In this document: positions 10,602 through 20,605 of the stretch, in pieces
How positions within the stretch are numbered: the stretch's first letter is position 1
How the letters are laid out: each line of letters opens with the position of its first letter
DNA from: a virus
Lineage: Duplodnaviria; Caudoviricetes
Virus record (IMG/VR): IMGVR_UViG_2708743157_000002
Span: 3,166 to 67,165 of that record
Strand: one strand, 5' to 3'
Length of the DNA: 64,000 nucleotides
The notes under the pieces: generated by a model
The model's input: only the letters and a program-made list of their open reading frames with translations
Database searches by the model: none
What the model was told of the DNA's origin: nothing
Position numbers and translations under genes: made by a program

Positions 10602-11156
10602 TTATTCGCTACCGGTTCCGGAAGAGGTCCCGGCCGTTTCGTCGCCCATAATAAAAAGATCGCCGTCTCCCATCGTGTCCGGATAACCGGTAAACGTTAG
10701 GTTAGCGATCCTCTCATTATCGGAATCATAGGTATATTCGATGTCAGTCGATGCGCCGGCCAATGGAATCGTGAGCCAGTCGTTGGCCGTCGCTTCCGGA
10801 TCTGTCGGCTTAATTCGTAAAGGCTTCGCATCCTTCAGTAAGTCATATCCGGCTTTACCGCTGACTACTAGCTTCTTTTTGTCTCCGTCAGACACGTACT
10901 TACTGTTCGGCACCGCCTTATGAATCTTTTCTAAATCATAGATCGCAAACGGTACGGTACATTCGCAAGTTCCACCCTTTGTCCGTGAGCCTACAATCGA
11001 GTCACCGTATTGGTCGACCGTTGTATCCTGCTTAGACATCTGCGCCTTAAAAACGATGCCGCCCTTCGTGATGTCAAACGTCACCATATCCTTGCCCTCG
11101 CCGTATTCGACGATTGCGGGGCCGATAGGAACTTGAATCGTTTTAATTCCAGCCAT
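10602..11156 (-). CDS. Major tail (tube) protein
   Basis: IGPAIVEYG...ITKGGIVF...VDQYG; position upstream of the chaperones. Confidence 0.85.
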   Translation of the reverse strand: MAGIKTIQVPIGPAIVEYGEGKDMVTFDITKGGIVFKAQMSKQDTTVDQYGDSIVGSRTKGGTCECTVPFAIYDLEKIHKAVPNSKYVSDGDKKKLVVSGKAGYDLLKDAKPLRIKPTDPEATANDWLTIPLAGASTDIEYTYDSDNERIANLTFTGYPDTMGDGDLFIMGDETAGTSSGTGSE

Positions 11157-11180
11157 CCGTTTTCCTCCTTTATTTTTGCA

Positions 11181-11570
11181 TTAAAAAAGCGCCCGGTCGG
11201 GGCGCACTACACAATCGAAATTTAACGAGTATTGGGGACGATCATTGTCGTCGTATCCGATAAATAACGGCACCGAATTGGCCGCGCGGATAACAACGAT
11301 GGAGCTGTTACCGATAAACACTTCGCGAAGGTTCGTTAACGCTTCCTGAAGCTGATACGCTTTCTCTTCGCAATCAGCGTCGCCCCGTGCCTTTCCTCGT
11401 ACGATTATTTGAAACGACGGCTGACTCTTTCCGGTCCATTGAGACGGAGGAAATCCGCCTGTAAACCGCACATAAGTACACTCGTCTGCCGCATTCCGTG
11501 GGAATCCGTTTGCGTAATAAACGCCGTCAACCCGCGACTGTATAAACGAGATTAATTCGGTTATCTTCAA
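11181..11570 (-). CDS. Tail terminator / minor capsid-like protein
   Basis: PSFQIIVRG...P.FIGYDDNDRPQYSLNF motif; synteny. Confidence 0.75.
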   Translation of the reverse strand: MKITELISFIQSRVDGVYYANGFPRNAADECTYVRFTGGFPPSQWTGKSQPSFQIIVRGKARGDADCEEKAYQLQEALTNLREVFIGNSSIVVIRAANSVPLFIGYDDNDRPQYSLNFDCVVRPDRALF

Positions 11571-11576
11571 CGATTA

Positions 11577-11984
11577 TCACAACTCCCTTCTCACCGCGTC
11601 TGCTACGTGATTAATGTATTTCTGCGATTCACCTTTCAGCGGACGTTCCAGATATTTGTTACCGACCGGATAGCCGCTAATGCCGCCGGCACTTGCCGAA
11701 TTCGGTCCGAGGTTGTATTCCGCTTCATGAGTCCATAATGCATAGTTAAAGCCTTTATCAACGGCCCGGAACGATACTTCACCGACCAGACTATCGCGCT
11801 TTAACGTAACCTTCTTTTTCATGCCGCGTCGGAGCGTGGCTTTGTCGATCGGGGCGATATTTTGCGCAAGCCTAGCGAGGTCATCAGTATTATCATGCAT
11901 CGCTGTTTTTGCTGCCTGCTCAACGGCTACCTCTCGGCTATCCAATAACGATAGAAAATCGCCAGCATCCAGCGTAAGACTCAT
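11577..11984 (-). CDS. HK97 gp10-like tail completion protein
   Basis: AQNIAPIDKATLRR, NYALWTHE, KYLERP motifs. Confidence 0.8.
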   Translation of the reverse strand: MSLTLDAGDFLSLLDSREVAVEQAAKTAMHDNTDDLARLAQNIAPIDKATLRRGMKKKVTLKRDSLVGEVSFRAVDKGFNYALWTHEAEYNLGPNSASAGGISGYPVGNKYLERPLKGESQKYINHVADAVRREL

Positions 11985-12316
11985 ACGATTACCTCGGTCA
12001 GAATTGGCTTACCACTGACTTGCCGCTTCACGTTTATTTCCTTCGGCTTACGCTCAATGGTTTCTCCTAGCTCGTTCGTGAATGCGAGTGTATCTGTATA
12101 CCTGATGTCGGCTAATTTATCGACCAAGATGCGCGCCGTAGCTACGACTTCCTCGCTCTTCACAACGCCAGAAGAACGTGAATTCGCAATAGTAGATCCT
12201 TCGTCGATTCGGCACTTAATTTCGAACGGCTCGACGTTCACGGGGTTTCCCCACACGTCTATTTCATCTGAAGCACGAGTAACGGTCACGGTCTGACGCA
12301 TTGGTATGATCGCCAA
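11981..12316 (-). CDS. Head closure / head-tail joining protein
   Basis: DVWGNP...IKCRIDE pattern; synteny. Confidence 0.7.
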   Translation of the reverse strand: MAIIPMRQTVTVTRASDEIDVWGNPVNVEPFEIKCRIDEGSTIANSRSSGVVKSEEVVATARILVDKLADIRYTDTLAFTNELGETIERKPKEINVKRQVSGKPILTEVIV

Positions 12317-12703
12317 TTACATCACCGTCGCTTTTACGGTCCGGCCGCTAAGTTTCACGTCGTTCGCTTCTTCGATCAGGTCGATCGTCTTTTTCGGTAT
12401 GAGAGACTCATCGTCAGCTCGAAGCGTTTCCTTATACGTAAACGACCCGACGCCGGTGATTGAGTAAGACGCGATGCCGTGCTTATTCAGGCGGTTCGTA
12501 TCGTTATAAGCAGTCGCAAGCACGTTCGTAAACTCGTAAACTGCGTCGTCAGGAATGACGTACTTACGAAATTTTCGAGCCAAGACGTCCTCGGCTACGT
12601 TTAGTACCCGCTGCTGCTTTGCATCGTCATAGTCGTTCCAATCCTCGTTATCGATTGTCATTCGGTTAATATATTCGTTTGCAGCTTCTACGCTTAAAGC
12701 CAT
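12317..12703 (-). CDS. Head-tail adaptor protein
   Basis: Start refined to MALSVEAANEYI (RBS aagggg); GIASYSITG motif; synteny. Confidence 0.7.
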   Translation of the reverse strand: MALSVEAANEYINRMTIDNEDWNDYDDAKQQRVLNVAEDVLARKFRKYVIPDDAVYEFTNVLATAYNDTNRLNKHGIASYSITGVGSFTYKETLRADDESLIPKKTIDLIEEANDVKLSGRTVKATVM

Positions 12704-12716
12704 ACGCACAGCCCCC

Positions 12717-12935
12717 TTATTTTCCGGAGGACTTACGTGCAGGCTTTTTCGGCGCCTTAGCCTCCGCCTTTTCCGTCTCATCGTCTGACGCAATACAGCT
12801 AATCCATCGCGGACATAATGCATTCAACTGCTTGATTTCGGCAGGCACATCGGTTTCATAAACGCCTTTGTGGTCGAAAACAATCGTCTGGTCGGTGCCT
12901 ACGGAATAAAACGGAGAAGCCTTATAGACGGCCAT
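12717..12935 (-). CDS. Small virion-region protein
   Basis: 72 aa ORF after the capsid genes with a Lys-rich tail. Confidence 0.6.
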   Translation of the reverse strand: MAVYKASPFYSVGTDQTIVFDHKGVYETDVPAEIKQLNALCPRWISCIASDDETEKAEAKAPKKPARKSSGK

Positions 12936-12937
12936 TA

Positions 12938-13174
12938 TTACGAGCCAGCTCCCTCTAACGCTTTAAGCCGCGCGATGATGTCGTCATACTGCGCCTTGGT
13001 ACCGAACCCGTCCGCTCCTTTTGGTCCGGGGTCGCCTTTCGGACCGGGATCGCCTTTTGGTCCGGCAGTCCCACCGCTTTCCTGTAATTCCTGAATGATG
13101 TCACCGAGCTTTAGATCGTTGGCGACCGGCATAGATTCATTTAATCTCCGTTTCTGATCATCTGTAATTGCCAT
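12938..13174 (-). CDS. Collagen-repeat head decoration / fibre protein
   Basis: GPKGDPGPKGDPGPKGADG Gly-X-Y repeats; strong RBS. Confidence 0.7.
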   Translation of the reverse strand: MAITDDQKRRLNESMPVANDLKLGDIIQELQESGGTAGPKGDPGPKGDPGPKGADGFGTKAQYDDIIARLKALEGAGS

Positions 13175-13194
13175 TGTTGTCCTCCTTTCAAATT

Positions 13195-13217
13195 AAAAAG
13201 ACGGGCCGAAGCCCGTC
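13195..13217 (-). terminator. Intrinsic terminator after the major capsid gene
   Basis: gacgggc-ttcg-gcccgtc followed by ttttt. Confidence 0.85.
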
Positions 13218-13225
13218 GATTGTCA

Positions 13226-14329
13226 TTAAGATACAGTTGTCGAGATATTTTCGAGAATGGCGATTTTTTCATTCGCGTTTTTGACCTTGATTCCGTATTC
13301 GCCACGGATCTGACGCGCAACAAAGTCGGCACCATTTACGCTGGCATCAGTATCGTAGACGGAACGGCCGTTCAACGGATGCAGAGAAAGAATACTACGG
13401 TCGAAGAGTGCGATTTTGTCTTTAGGGAAGTTCGGATCTACAACTACAGTCGCAACTCCGCCACCTACCATATCAGAAACGAAGGTACTTACGCGGTGGC
13501 CTGTAGCAGCGTCCGTTCTTTCTGTTCGAATAGTATCCGTCGCCATTTTAGAGATTTGACGAGCACCCGCGGTGTTTGTAAGGATTGTATTTGCTGACCC
13601 GCCGCGCTGATATACTTTTTCCATTAATGCATTAATATCTTTCGCTTGAACCTCTTCTCCTTTCAGGTTAGCTTTAGCAGCGCCTTTCAAGTTCGCAAAG
13701 TTCAGTAAGCCGCCAGTCATACGAGGCTTGCCATCAATTCTGCGGCCGTAGATCAACCAGTCGTTAAATTCACGCGCCATCTCTTTAAGACGTAGTTTTA
13801 CTTGATAATCAAGCTCGCTCGATACGTTATGTGTACGGACTGCTTGTTGAGTGTTCGATACGGCAGCGTATCTTTCAATAATTTGCGTGAAATTGTAATC
13901 TACATAACGGTCGTGGCCTTCATCGATACCAACACCAGCGCCTTCATTTTGCGGACGGGAAACAATACGCAACTCCGAACCGGCCTTGATTTCCTCTTGA
14001 ACTGTCCCATCAAATCCGCGAACAACAGTCAGCACATCGCCGGAAACGTTTGTGACTTTCAGATACTCTTCGCCAAAAACAACGATGGCATCTTTACGAA
14101 ACTTCTCTCCGTCATCTTCCGCCACAGTGATTTTTCCGTCTTCCGCTACCGATTTAACAGTCGCGAGGTTTGAGTTCAGTCGATCAGACATCCACTCGAA
14201 TTTAGTCTGATAAAGCGCCTCTCCATTTAACCCGATCAGACCGAGTAATGTCGGTTCATCCTGAATAATAAGGTCAATCCCGTCGTCAAGCTGTCGTACC
14301 TGATCTTTAAAATCGTAACTAGTTAACAT
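13226..14329 (-). CDS. Major capsid protein (SU10/DUF5309-like) with inserted beta domain
   Basis: TKFEWMSD.L, NFTQI...AVSNT, RMTGGL, QIRGEYG.K; follows the scaffold gene. Confidence 0.88.
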   Translation of the reverse strand: MLTSYDFKDQVRQLDDGIDLIIQDEPTLLGLIGLNGEALYQTKFEWMSDRLNSNLATVKSVAEDGKITVAEDDGEKFRKDAIVVFGEEYLKVTNVSGDVLTVVRGFDGTVQEEIKAGSELRIVSRPQNEGAGVGIDEGHDRYVDYNFTQIIERYAAVSNTQQAVRTHNVSSELDYQVKLRLKEMAREFNDWLIYGRRIDGKPRMTGGLLNFANLKGAAKANLKGEEVQAKDINALMEKVYQRGGSANTILTNTAGARQISKMATDTIRTERTDAATGHRVSTFVSDMVGGGVATVVVDPNFPKDKIALFDRSILSLHPLNGRSVYDTDASVNGADFVARQIRGEYGIKVKNANEKIAILENISTTVS

Positions 14330-14340
14330 TTATTTTCCCC

Positions 14341-15012
14341 CTACTTCTTCAAAAGTGATTTCAATTTGTTTGAAAGCTCGATTACCTTCGAAAAATTCTT
14401 TTCTTTCTTTGCTTCGCTTAGTTGCGCTTCTAACGTCTTGATTTCGCCGCCGTCTCCATCTCCTCCGCTATTAGAGGGTTGGCCGATCGGTTTCATCGTT
14501 TGCTGTTTCGCAACCAAGTACGGTTTATTGTCAACGAGCCCCTTTACAACGTCCTCCATGCCGATTACTTTTCCGTCCTCAACCTTTACCGCGGATAGGT
14601 CAGCCAGACGTAAAGCGTCGTCAATGTAGGCGATGCCGTTGCTCGTAGCAACCTTGATAAATTCGTTCGCCACTTTTTCCTGTTCAGCAGCCGCTTTTAA
14701 ATCTTCGATCTGCTTTACGAAGGTGGCTTCAGCTTCGGCCTTTTCGTCGAGCTGTTTCGTAAGCTTTTCCAGCTCGGTCATTTCCGCCTCTTCTCGCTCT
14801 TTCTGAGCTTTTTCGTAATCGCTAAGTTTCGCCTTCACTTCGTCATAGTCAGCGTACTTGTTCTTAACGCGCCCCTTTTCGCGAGCAATTACAGCGTTAA
14901 ACTCCTCCTGCGTCATAGTCACCGTCTGCGCTTCAGGTTTATTTTCCGGCACCTCAGCCGTAGTTTGATCGGTAACTTCACTTGTTTGCGTTTCTTTAAG
15001 TTCTTCGCTCAT
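14341..15012 (-). CDS. Capsid scaffolding protein
   Basis: Acidic coiled coil, TMTQEEFNAVI..E, KYADYDE, KPYL. Confidence 0.85.
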   Translation of the reverse strand: MSEELKETQTSEVTDQTTAEVPENKPEAQTVTMTQEEFNAVIAREKGRVKNKYADYDEVKAKLSDYEKAQKEREEAEMTELEKLTKQLDEKAEAEATFVKQIEDLKAAAEQEKVANEFIKVATSNGIAYIDDALRLADLSAVKVEDGKVIGMEDVVKGLVDNKPYLVAKQQTMKPIGQPSNSGGDGDGGEIKTLEAQLSEAKKEKNFSKVIELSNKLKSLLKK

Positions 15013-15090
15013 ATAGTCCCTCCACCGCTTAAAGCCCGTCGGCTATTGAGTGATGCAGCCGTTTCTTTTAACGTCATAACGTTCGGACAA

Positions 15091-15115
15091 AATAAAAAAG
15101 CGCTACATGGCGCTT
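15091..15115 (-). terminator. Terminator after the minor capsid gene
   Basis: aagcgc-catgta-gcgctt followed by ttttattt. Confidence 0.7.
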
Positions 15116-15927
15116 GATGGGTTTCTTATTGTGGAAATTACGTGCTTACAACGCGGATGAAATATCTCCCCGGTCGCTTTGAGTTCATCATATGTCGGGT
15201 AATTGCCGGGAGCGTCGTCGGTCAGCTTAATGATTTGTCCTTCGTGAAGACGGCATAAATCCTTCGCCCCGTGAGACGAAATTTGCGCATAATAAGCTCC
15301 GCGGCTTACCGCCTCATTCGTATGGGCTTCCCGGTAGGTTTCCATCATCTTTGTACGGACGACCATATCCGCATACACTTCCGGCTTCCATCGATTTCCC
15401 CTCGCATCAATAATGCCGGTACTCACCGAAGCCTGAAGAGACTTGCGTACCAGATCCGTTATGCTGCGCCGTCCGTTCGTCCCTTTGGTCATATTAAGAC
15501 GCATCGAATCCGACACGGCTTTCCTCACGGCGGCCCGCGTCTTCCTATCGACGTTTTGCGTAATTGCTAATAAATCCGACTGCGTATCCGCTACAGCAGC
15601 CGCAACCATGTACTCGTTTACCTCGTTAAAAGCAACGACCTTTTCCGCGTCAGCTACCGTCTTTGCTACGTCAAGGGCGACCAGTGCTCGCGCAATGCCA
15701 TCGGTGGCCGCCTTCGGAACATTCTTTTTGACCCATGCGGAAGATTTTTCGTCTAAATTGCTGAGAATCCCGCTAATAGATTTCAAGGTCGCCACCGCGT
15801 TAGCCCTTCGAAAATTATCGAGATCAATTCGTTCAAGCTCCGCCAAAATGTCTCGTACCGCTTCCTGATAATATCCGGCAAGCCGATTCGTCTGATAATC
15901 GTATTGAGGCTCAGGAGAGCGAGACAT
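15103..15927 (-). CDS. Minor capsid protein (SPP1 gp7/MuF-like)
   Basis: DARGNRW...YADMVVRT, ISSH.A..LC...G, FHPRCKH. Confidence 0.88.
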   Translation of the reverse strand: MSRSPEPQYDYQTNRLAGYYQEAVRDILAELERIDLDNFRRANAVATLKSISGILSNLDEKSSAWVKKNVPKAATDGIARALVALDVAKTVADAEKVVAFNEVNEYMVAAAVADTQSDLLAITQNVDRKTRAAVRKAVSDSMRLNMTKGTNGRRSITDLVRKSLQASVSTGIIDARGNRWKPEVYADMVVRTKMMETYREAHTNEAVSRGAYYAQISSHGAKDLCRLHEGQIIKLTDDAPGNYPTYDELKATGEIFHPRCKHVISTIRNPSSAM

Positions 15928-17558
15928 TAACTATCGTCCTCCTCTGTAATTTCCTCTTTATCCTCGTCTGAAGGGCTCTTTTCCGGCTCTTCCTTGTTGA
16001 AAATCGATCCATCAACAAAACCGCTCGTCGTTTTTTCGTCTTCTTCAATGCGGCGAATGATTTCGTCAGCTTTTTCGTCGTCCACGTCGTCCTGCTGCTT
16101 AATGGCCCCGCGAACGTCAATCGTAGGCTTGCCGCCTGTACGGATTTGCATAATTTCGGCGAGCTCTTTTTCATTCTTCGGAAGTCCGTCGCTCCAAATA
16201 GCCCGCGGATAAACCGCATTTTCAACGTCGATGACACCGACTGCTTTTTCGAGCAGCATGCACGTCCAAAGGGCATCGCGTATTGCTTTATCGTAATGGG
16301 CGCGAATACGTTTTATTTTCGAAAGTATAGGCATGAATCGAGCTTTTATCGCCGCGCCATCTGTATGCGAAGTCCCGGTCCCACCAGAATTATCTCCGGA
16401 CATTGTTGTTCCGAAAAGCCATTGCGGAGTCTCAGACATCTGAAAGACAATACTCAATAGCATGTCGAGCTGTTTGAACGCGGCATCAAGCTGAGCCTGC
16501 CACACCATATATCCGGGCGTCGGGTCGTCTTTATTTACCGGAATGTATTTGCCACCAAACTGAACGGCTCCGTTAGTCGTTTCTAAATCTGGACCATACG
16601 CTGTAGGGTCACTGTGTTTCCAAAGAATATAATCGATCTGAACAAGCCGGTCGTTGATCGCTGCGAATACCGTTTCGATCTTCTCCAATCCGCCAATACC
16701 GAAATAGCTGTCATCGATTGATTTATAAGGTATGTGAAAGACCGGAATGTGCGGGAGGAACGTTTCTTCGTGATCTTCTTCGCGACCCGTCGGTACCTCT
16801 TCGCCTATATTGAAAACGCTGATTGGGGCGCCGCCTGAAACATCGACGCCATTCTGATATAGTCTGTAGCGCGTATAAAAGATATGTCCCGGTATATGGC
16901 GCTCTACGTTTAGGAAAGGAATTTCCGTCTGCTCCGTCTCTACCCATTCGACTTGGGCTATATTGACCGCTTTGATCTGCTTAACATTTCCGGCTGAAAA
17001 CTCAGGGAAAACGCAATTCGCATTAACATGCTCAACAACGGACTCCATTTTCGCTTCTTCTGGAATACCTAATCCCATCGAAATGAGTTCAGAGTAGTCT
17101 TGACGGTATCCAAATCGAACCTTAATCCAAGCGTCACCGCGATACCCGTTCGACATGGCACTCTCGTGTAGCAGTTGATTGAGATCGTTTTCTTCTACGT
17201 ATCGGTTGAGAGCTGTCTGCTCTTTGCTGGTGTCGTCCAGTCCGCTTTCAAAATGAACCGGCTCTCCGACGAGCATATCCGCGGGCTTGGTGACGAGTAT
17301 GTCAGCCAGATTAACCGCAATGTAGAGCTTTTCAAGCTGTTTCGATTGTGGCGAATCTTTTAAAATGTCCGTAGCCCTTTCGTACACGTCTCGGTGCTTT
17401 CCTTCGAAGAGCTTACGCATACGCTTATACTTCGCCAACCTCTCGATTGAATCATCCGGAGGAAATTGCGCGCCTTGCCGAATGATACTGTATGTCTTTT
17501 TGACTGTGTATTCATCCGAAGGCTGGTCGTGTTTCTTTAGTAAGTTGAAAAACCCCAA
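15927..17558 (-). CDS. Portal protein (SPP1 gp6-like)
   Basis: 543 aa; FPP, W.DGLP..E motifs; downstream of terminase. Confidence 0.9.
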   Translation of the reverse strand: MGFFNLLKKHDQPSDEYTVKKTYSIIRQGAQFPPDDSIERLAKYKRMRKLFEGKHRDVYERATDILKDSPQSKQLEKLYIAVNLADILVTKPADMLVGEPVHFESGLDDTSKEQTALNRYVEENDLNQLLHESAMSNGYRGDAWIKVRFGYRQDYSELISMGLGIPEEAKMESVVEHVNANCVFPEFSAGNVKQIKAVNIAQVEWVETEQTEIPFLNVERHIPGHIFYTRYRLYQNGVDVSGGAPISVFNIGEEVPTGREEDHEETFLPHIPVFHIPYKSIDDSYFGIGGLEKIETVFAAINDRLVQIDYILWKHSDPTAYGPDLETTNGAVQFGGKYIPVNKDDPTPGYMVWQAQLDAAFKQLDMLLSIVFQMSETPQWLFGTTMSGDNSGGTGTSHTDGAAIKARFMPILSKIKRIRAHYDKAIRDALWTCMLLEKAVGVIDVENAVYPRAIWSDGLPKNEKELAEIMQIRTGGKPTIDVRGAIKQQDDVDDEKADEIIRRIEEDEKTTSGFVDGSIFNKEEPEKSPSDEDKEEITEEDDS

Positions 17559-17560
17559 CG

Positions 17561-17992
17561 CTATTCCTCCTCTCCGATAATGTCAGCTAGTTCTTCGAGT
17601 TCCTTCTCGATATCTTCGTTACTGCGGGCGCCTCCGTCTGCTTCATTGGTCGTTATCTGACGATCGGTCAGTAATCCGTGGCGACGCATGAACAAATCGA
17701 TAGCCTTAACTGAAGGCTGCGGCCCTTTTATCAGCTTTAGGAGCTGCCCATATACCTCAGACCGGTGCCCGGATAGCATATCGTCCGCTAATAGATTCAT
17801 GTATTCGATGAATATCGGATTTTGAAACCGCCATCGATAGAGCGTCATACGACTTACACCGATTTCTTCGGCCAGCGCGTCCTGACTTCGTTTGTTCCCG
17901 TCTTCGGGCGTAACTTCATTACTCGCCACGACTTGCGCTGCCTTACGTTGCTGAAGCGTTAGTTTTGCTTCGAGCTCTTTCATCCGCGACAT
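17561..17992 (-). CDS. HTH protein (phBC6A51-like), probable small terminase subunit
   Basis: SQDALAEEIGVSRMTLYRWR HTH; PSVKAIDLF. Confidence 0.7.
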   Translation of the reverse strand: MSRMKELEAKLTLQQRKAAQVVASNEVTPEDGNKRSQDALAEEIGVSRMTLYRWRFQNPIFIEYMNLLADDMLSGHRSEVYGQLLKLIKGPQPSVKAIDLFMRRHGLLTDRQITTNEADGGARSNEDIEKELEELADIIGEEE

Positions 17993-18008
17993 TTTATCGC
18001 CCCCTTTC

Positions 18009-19763
18009 TTATAGCCATCCCGGCTTCTTCACCAGCCTTGTTTTCGGCCTGAATACGGATTCGAGCGCCTGCTGAAGCGCGTCGAGTGAATCAACGTAAT
18101 CGCCGAAAGGATACTGCGCCATCTGATCGAGAAGCATCGTGTGCCTATCGTTTAGAATTAGCGTTTTGTTATGCAGCATCGGCTCCATCGATTGAATTCG
18201 CTCATCTTTCGAAGACTTATGCGATTTCACATCGTTCACGCGGCACGTATAAAGACCTTCCTGCCGGACCCGTTCCTGAAGCTGACGGTAGTATTCGTGT
18301 TGCGCGTTAATCGTTTCAACGTTGAAGGAACGATGCCGGTATTGTTTGATCTTCCGAATAATGACGTCAATGTATACGTGCGCCGGCTCCTTCGACGCGT
18401 ATTCATCAAGTACGAAAATGTATCCCGTCGGCTCGTGTTTGCCGAGCGTAATAACCGAGTTATAGCAAGACCGCGCATTCTTGCCCTGCGCGATATCCCA
18501 CGCGCCCACAATCAGAAGATCACTGATCGGTATTTTCAATTCGTTATACACGACGTATGCTGTTCCGTTCTCGTGATAATAGTGGTAATAGGCGTAGTTA
18601 TCCGGGAAAAAGAACTGCTCGTCTTCACTGAAAGCCAAGTTCCGGAACTCCGAGTTGTATGCGCGCGTTCCCATGTTTACTTTCTCGTGCATGAGCTCGC
18701 GATACGTCCAGCGCCAAGGCCACGCCAGTTCGACGCCATCCTCCAACGCTTCTCTATGCGCTTCGTAAAATTCGTCAGCCTCTTCGATCGTTTCCGCTCT
18801 CGCATAGACCTCGCAGTATTTGTCCCATAATTCCGGATGTGTTGGCTCGCTTATGATCGCTCCGTGAAAGCTCGCCTTGAAATCCTTACGCTTCAGAACG
18901 TGGTTAAGAAGCCCGGTCGCTGAAACCATCGTCCCGACTAACACGATCGCGGTCGCCTTGGACCCGATCGGAACAACGACCGAGTTAAACCAATGAACGA
19001 GCTTTTCTCGCGCTTCCTTGGTTCCTTCGTTGTTTGTTGATGATGGGTCGTCAATTATTACGAGGTCAGGCCGGACAGCGCCGTGACGTTTACCGCGAAG
19101 CTGCTTACCGGAGGACGACGACTCGATAAGGATATTCGTCGTGGTAATGAACGCCTCTTCGTTATCCTTTTCGTTGCGGCTCGCCGACTCGTGCATCATA
19201 GGGCCGAAGTCTTCCCGTAGCTTTGCGTTAAACTTCATCTGCTTGTTAACCCATCCGATAAGCTTTTTCGAGAGCGAATCCGTCTCTGATATAACAAGAA
19301 TATACTTGCGTTTTCTGTAAGCCGCTTGGTGTAGCGGAAGGGCGTTCGAAAACATACCGGATTTTGAGTGGCCCCGGGCAGCCGCGATTGCAAGCCGCGC
19401 GTTCCTTTTCTCTTCGTTGACGTAATCGCAAAGCTCGAAAAATTCTTCGTGAATCTTCGCGATATCTTCAATGCTATCGTGAGGCGTCCCGTCATCCGAA
19501 TTCCTTACGACATTATCCTCGTTTTCCGGGTTTAGGCCGTCGCTCAAATACTCGTAGGTGAAATATGCGATATCCACCTCGGCACGATGAACGCGCTTCA
19601 GTTTAATTAATTCGGCCTTGTTCTTCCGGAACATATCGATATGGTAGTCGGTGGCTTTTTTTGCTTTAATGAGGGCCGCTAATCGACGCACACCCTCGAT
19701 CAATAAGTCGATACGCTCCTGCCGTTCTTCACGATCCAACCATTTTCCGTTAATATACGCCAA
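18009..19763 (-). CDS. terL: Terminase large subunit
   Basis: Walker A AARGHSKS, LRGKRHG..RPDLVIIDD, VGT coupling motif, C-terminal nuclease D.LDAL; start refined to TTG 19763 (RBS aaggaggg). Confidence 0.93.
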   Translation of the reverse strand: MAYINGKWLDREERQERIDLLIEGVRRLAALIKAKKATDYHIDMFRKNKAELIKLKRVHRAEVDIAYFTYEYLSDGLNPENEDNVVRNSDDGTPHDSIEDIAKIHEEFFELCDYVNEEKRNARLAIAAARGHSKSGMFSNALPLHQAAYRKRKYILVISETDSLSKKLIGWVNKQMKFNAKLREDFGPMMHESASRNEKDNEEAFITTTNILIESSSSGKQLRGKRHGAVRPDLVIIDDPSSTNNEGTKEAREKLVHWFNSVVVPIGSKATAIVLVGTMVSATGLLNHVLKRKDFKASFHGAIISEPTHPELWDKYCEVYARAETIEEADEFYEAHREALEDGVELAWPWRWTYRELMHEKVNMGTRAYNSEFRNLAFSEDEQFFFPDNYAYYHYYHENGTAYVVYNELKIPISDLLIVGAWDIAQGKNARSCYNSVITLGKHEPTGYIFVLDEYASKEPAHVYIDVIIRKIKQYRHRSFNVETINAQHEYYRQLQERVRQEGLYTCRVNDVKSHKSSKDERIQSMEPMLHNKTLILNDRHTMLLDQMAQYPFGDYVDSLDALQQALESVFRPKTRLVKKPGWL

Positions 19764-19782
19764 ATTATCGCCCTCCTTTCGC

Positions 19783-19811
19783 TTGACTTTCGTTATTATT
19801 TTCGTTAATAT
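19783..19811 (+). promoter_or_regulatory. SigA-type promoter of the resolvase gene
   Basis: TTGACT-17 nt-TAATAT. Confidence 0.7.
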
Positions 19812-19845
19812 GAATTTAACATATTGAGAACGGAGTGAAATTCGA

Positions 19846-20394
19846 ATGAACGAAGTCCAACCGATTAGAGAAAAACGCCAAATAAACGCAATAAAAAAAG
19901 CCCTTCGAGGGCGTGATCTGCTTTTATTTACGATCGGCATTAATTCCGGCCTACGTATATCCGATATACTCGCGCTCAAAGTCGGCGATGTACGCGGAAA
20001 GGACTTCGTTGCGATTACGGAAGGGAAAACTAAGAAATCAAAACGTTTCTTCTTCAATGCCACTATCAAGAAAGCCGTTGCCGACCTGATTCCGGCCGAA
20101 GCAAACGATGACGACTGGCTTTTCCCTTCTCGGAAGGGTTCGAAAGCTATTACCCGCGTTCGTGCATACGGCATCCTTAACGAAGCCGTTGAGCGCGCCG
20201 GCCTTTCGGATAAGCTTGGTACTATCGGCTGTCACTCATTGCGTAAGACTTTCGGCTATCACGCGTACAAGAACGGCACAGATCTTACGCTACTTCAATC
20301 GATTTTCAACCACTCGAAGCAGTCGGTCACGTTGAGATATATCGGAATTAATCAGGACCGGATCGACGAAGTATACGCGAGTGTTAATCTATAA
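19846..20394 (+). CDS. Short tyrosine recombinase (catalytic domain only; resolvase-like)
   Basis: GLRISD, K.KK, HSLRKTFGY, FNHS...TLRYIG: R-K-H-R-H-Y set intact. Confidence 0.92.
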   Translation: MNEVQPIREKRQINAIKKALRGRDLLLFTIGINSGLRISDILALKVGDVRGKDFVAITEGKTKKSKRFFFNATIKKAVADLIPAEANDDDWLFPSRKGSKAITRVRAYGILNEAVERAGLSDKLGTIGCHSLRKTFGYHAYKNGTDLTLLQSIFNHSKQSVTLRYIGINQDRIDEVYASVNL

Positions 20395-20605
20395 GACGAC
20401 GGGCGCCCCAACGTTTGAGCCGTAGCCAACGTAGGTGTGCTCGTCTTTTTTCGTATACGCCGGCTGCAGCTCCGACTTCTTCCTGCCGTTTCCGTATTTC
20501 TTCTCCATACCGAAGAAGACACATCGACTTGCAATCGCATACTTCGAAATGACGCGAACAATTGGATGGGGCGCAGTGGTGGGATTCCGTTTTCTTATTC
20601 GTCAT
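20384..20605 (-). CDS. Hypothetical Cys/His-rich protein
   Basis: ORF track; RBS ggaggcgg; HC...C..H...CDC. Confidence 0.55.
   Translation of the reverse strand: MTNKKTESHHCAPSNCSRHFEVCDCKSMCLLRYGEEIRKRQEEVGAAAGVYEKRRAHLRWLRLKRWGARRLID

Noticed and set aside
925-18830. Many plus-strand ORFs across the structural genes and elsewhere
   Set aside because: Antisense shadows of well-supported minus-strand genes, without RBS or motifs
19764-20174. N-terminal 137 aa of the 721-aa terminase ORF in the track
   Set aside because: Antisense to the recombinase gene; a clear RBS precedes TTG 19763
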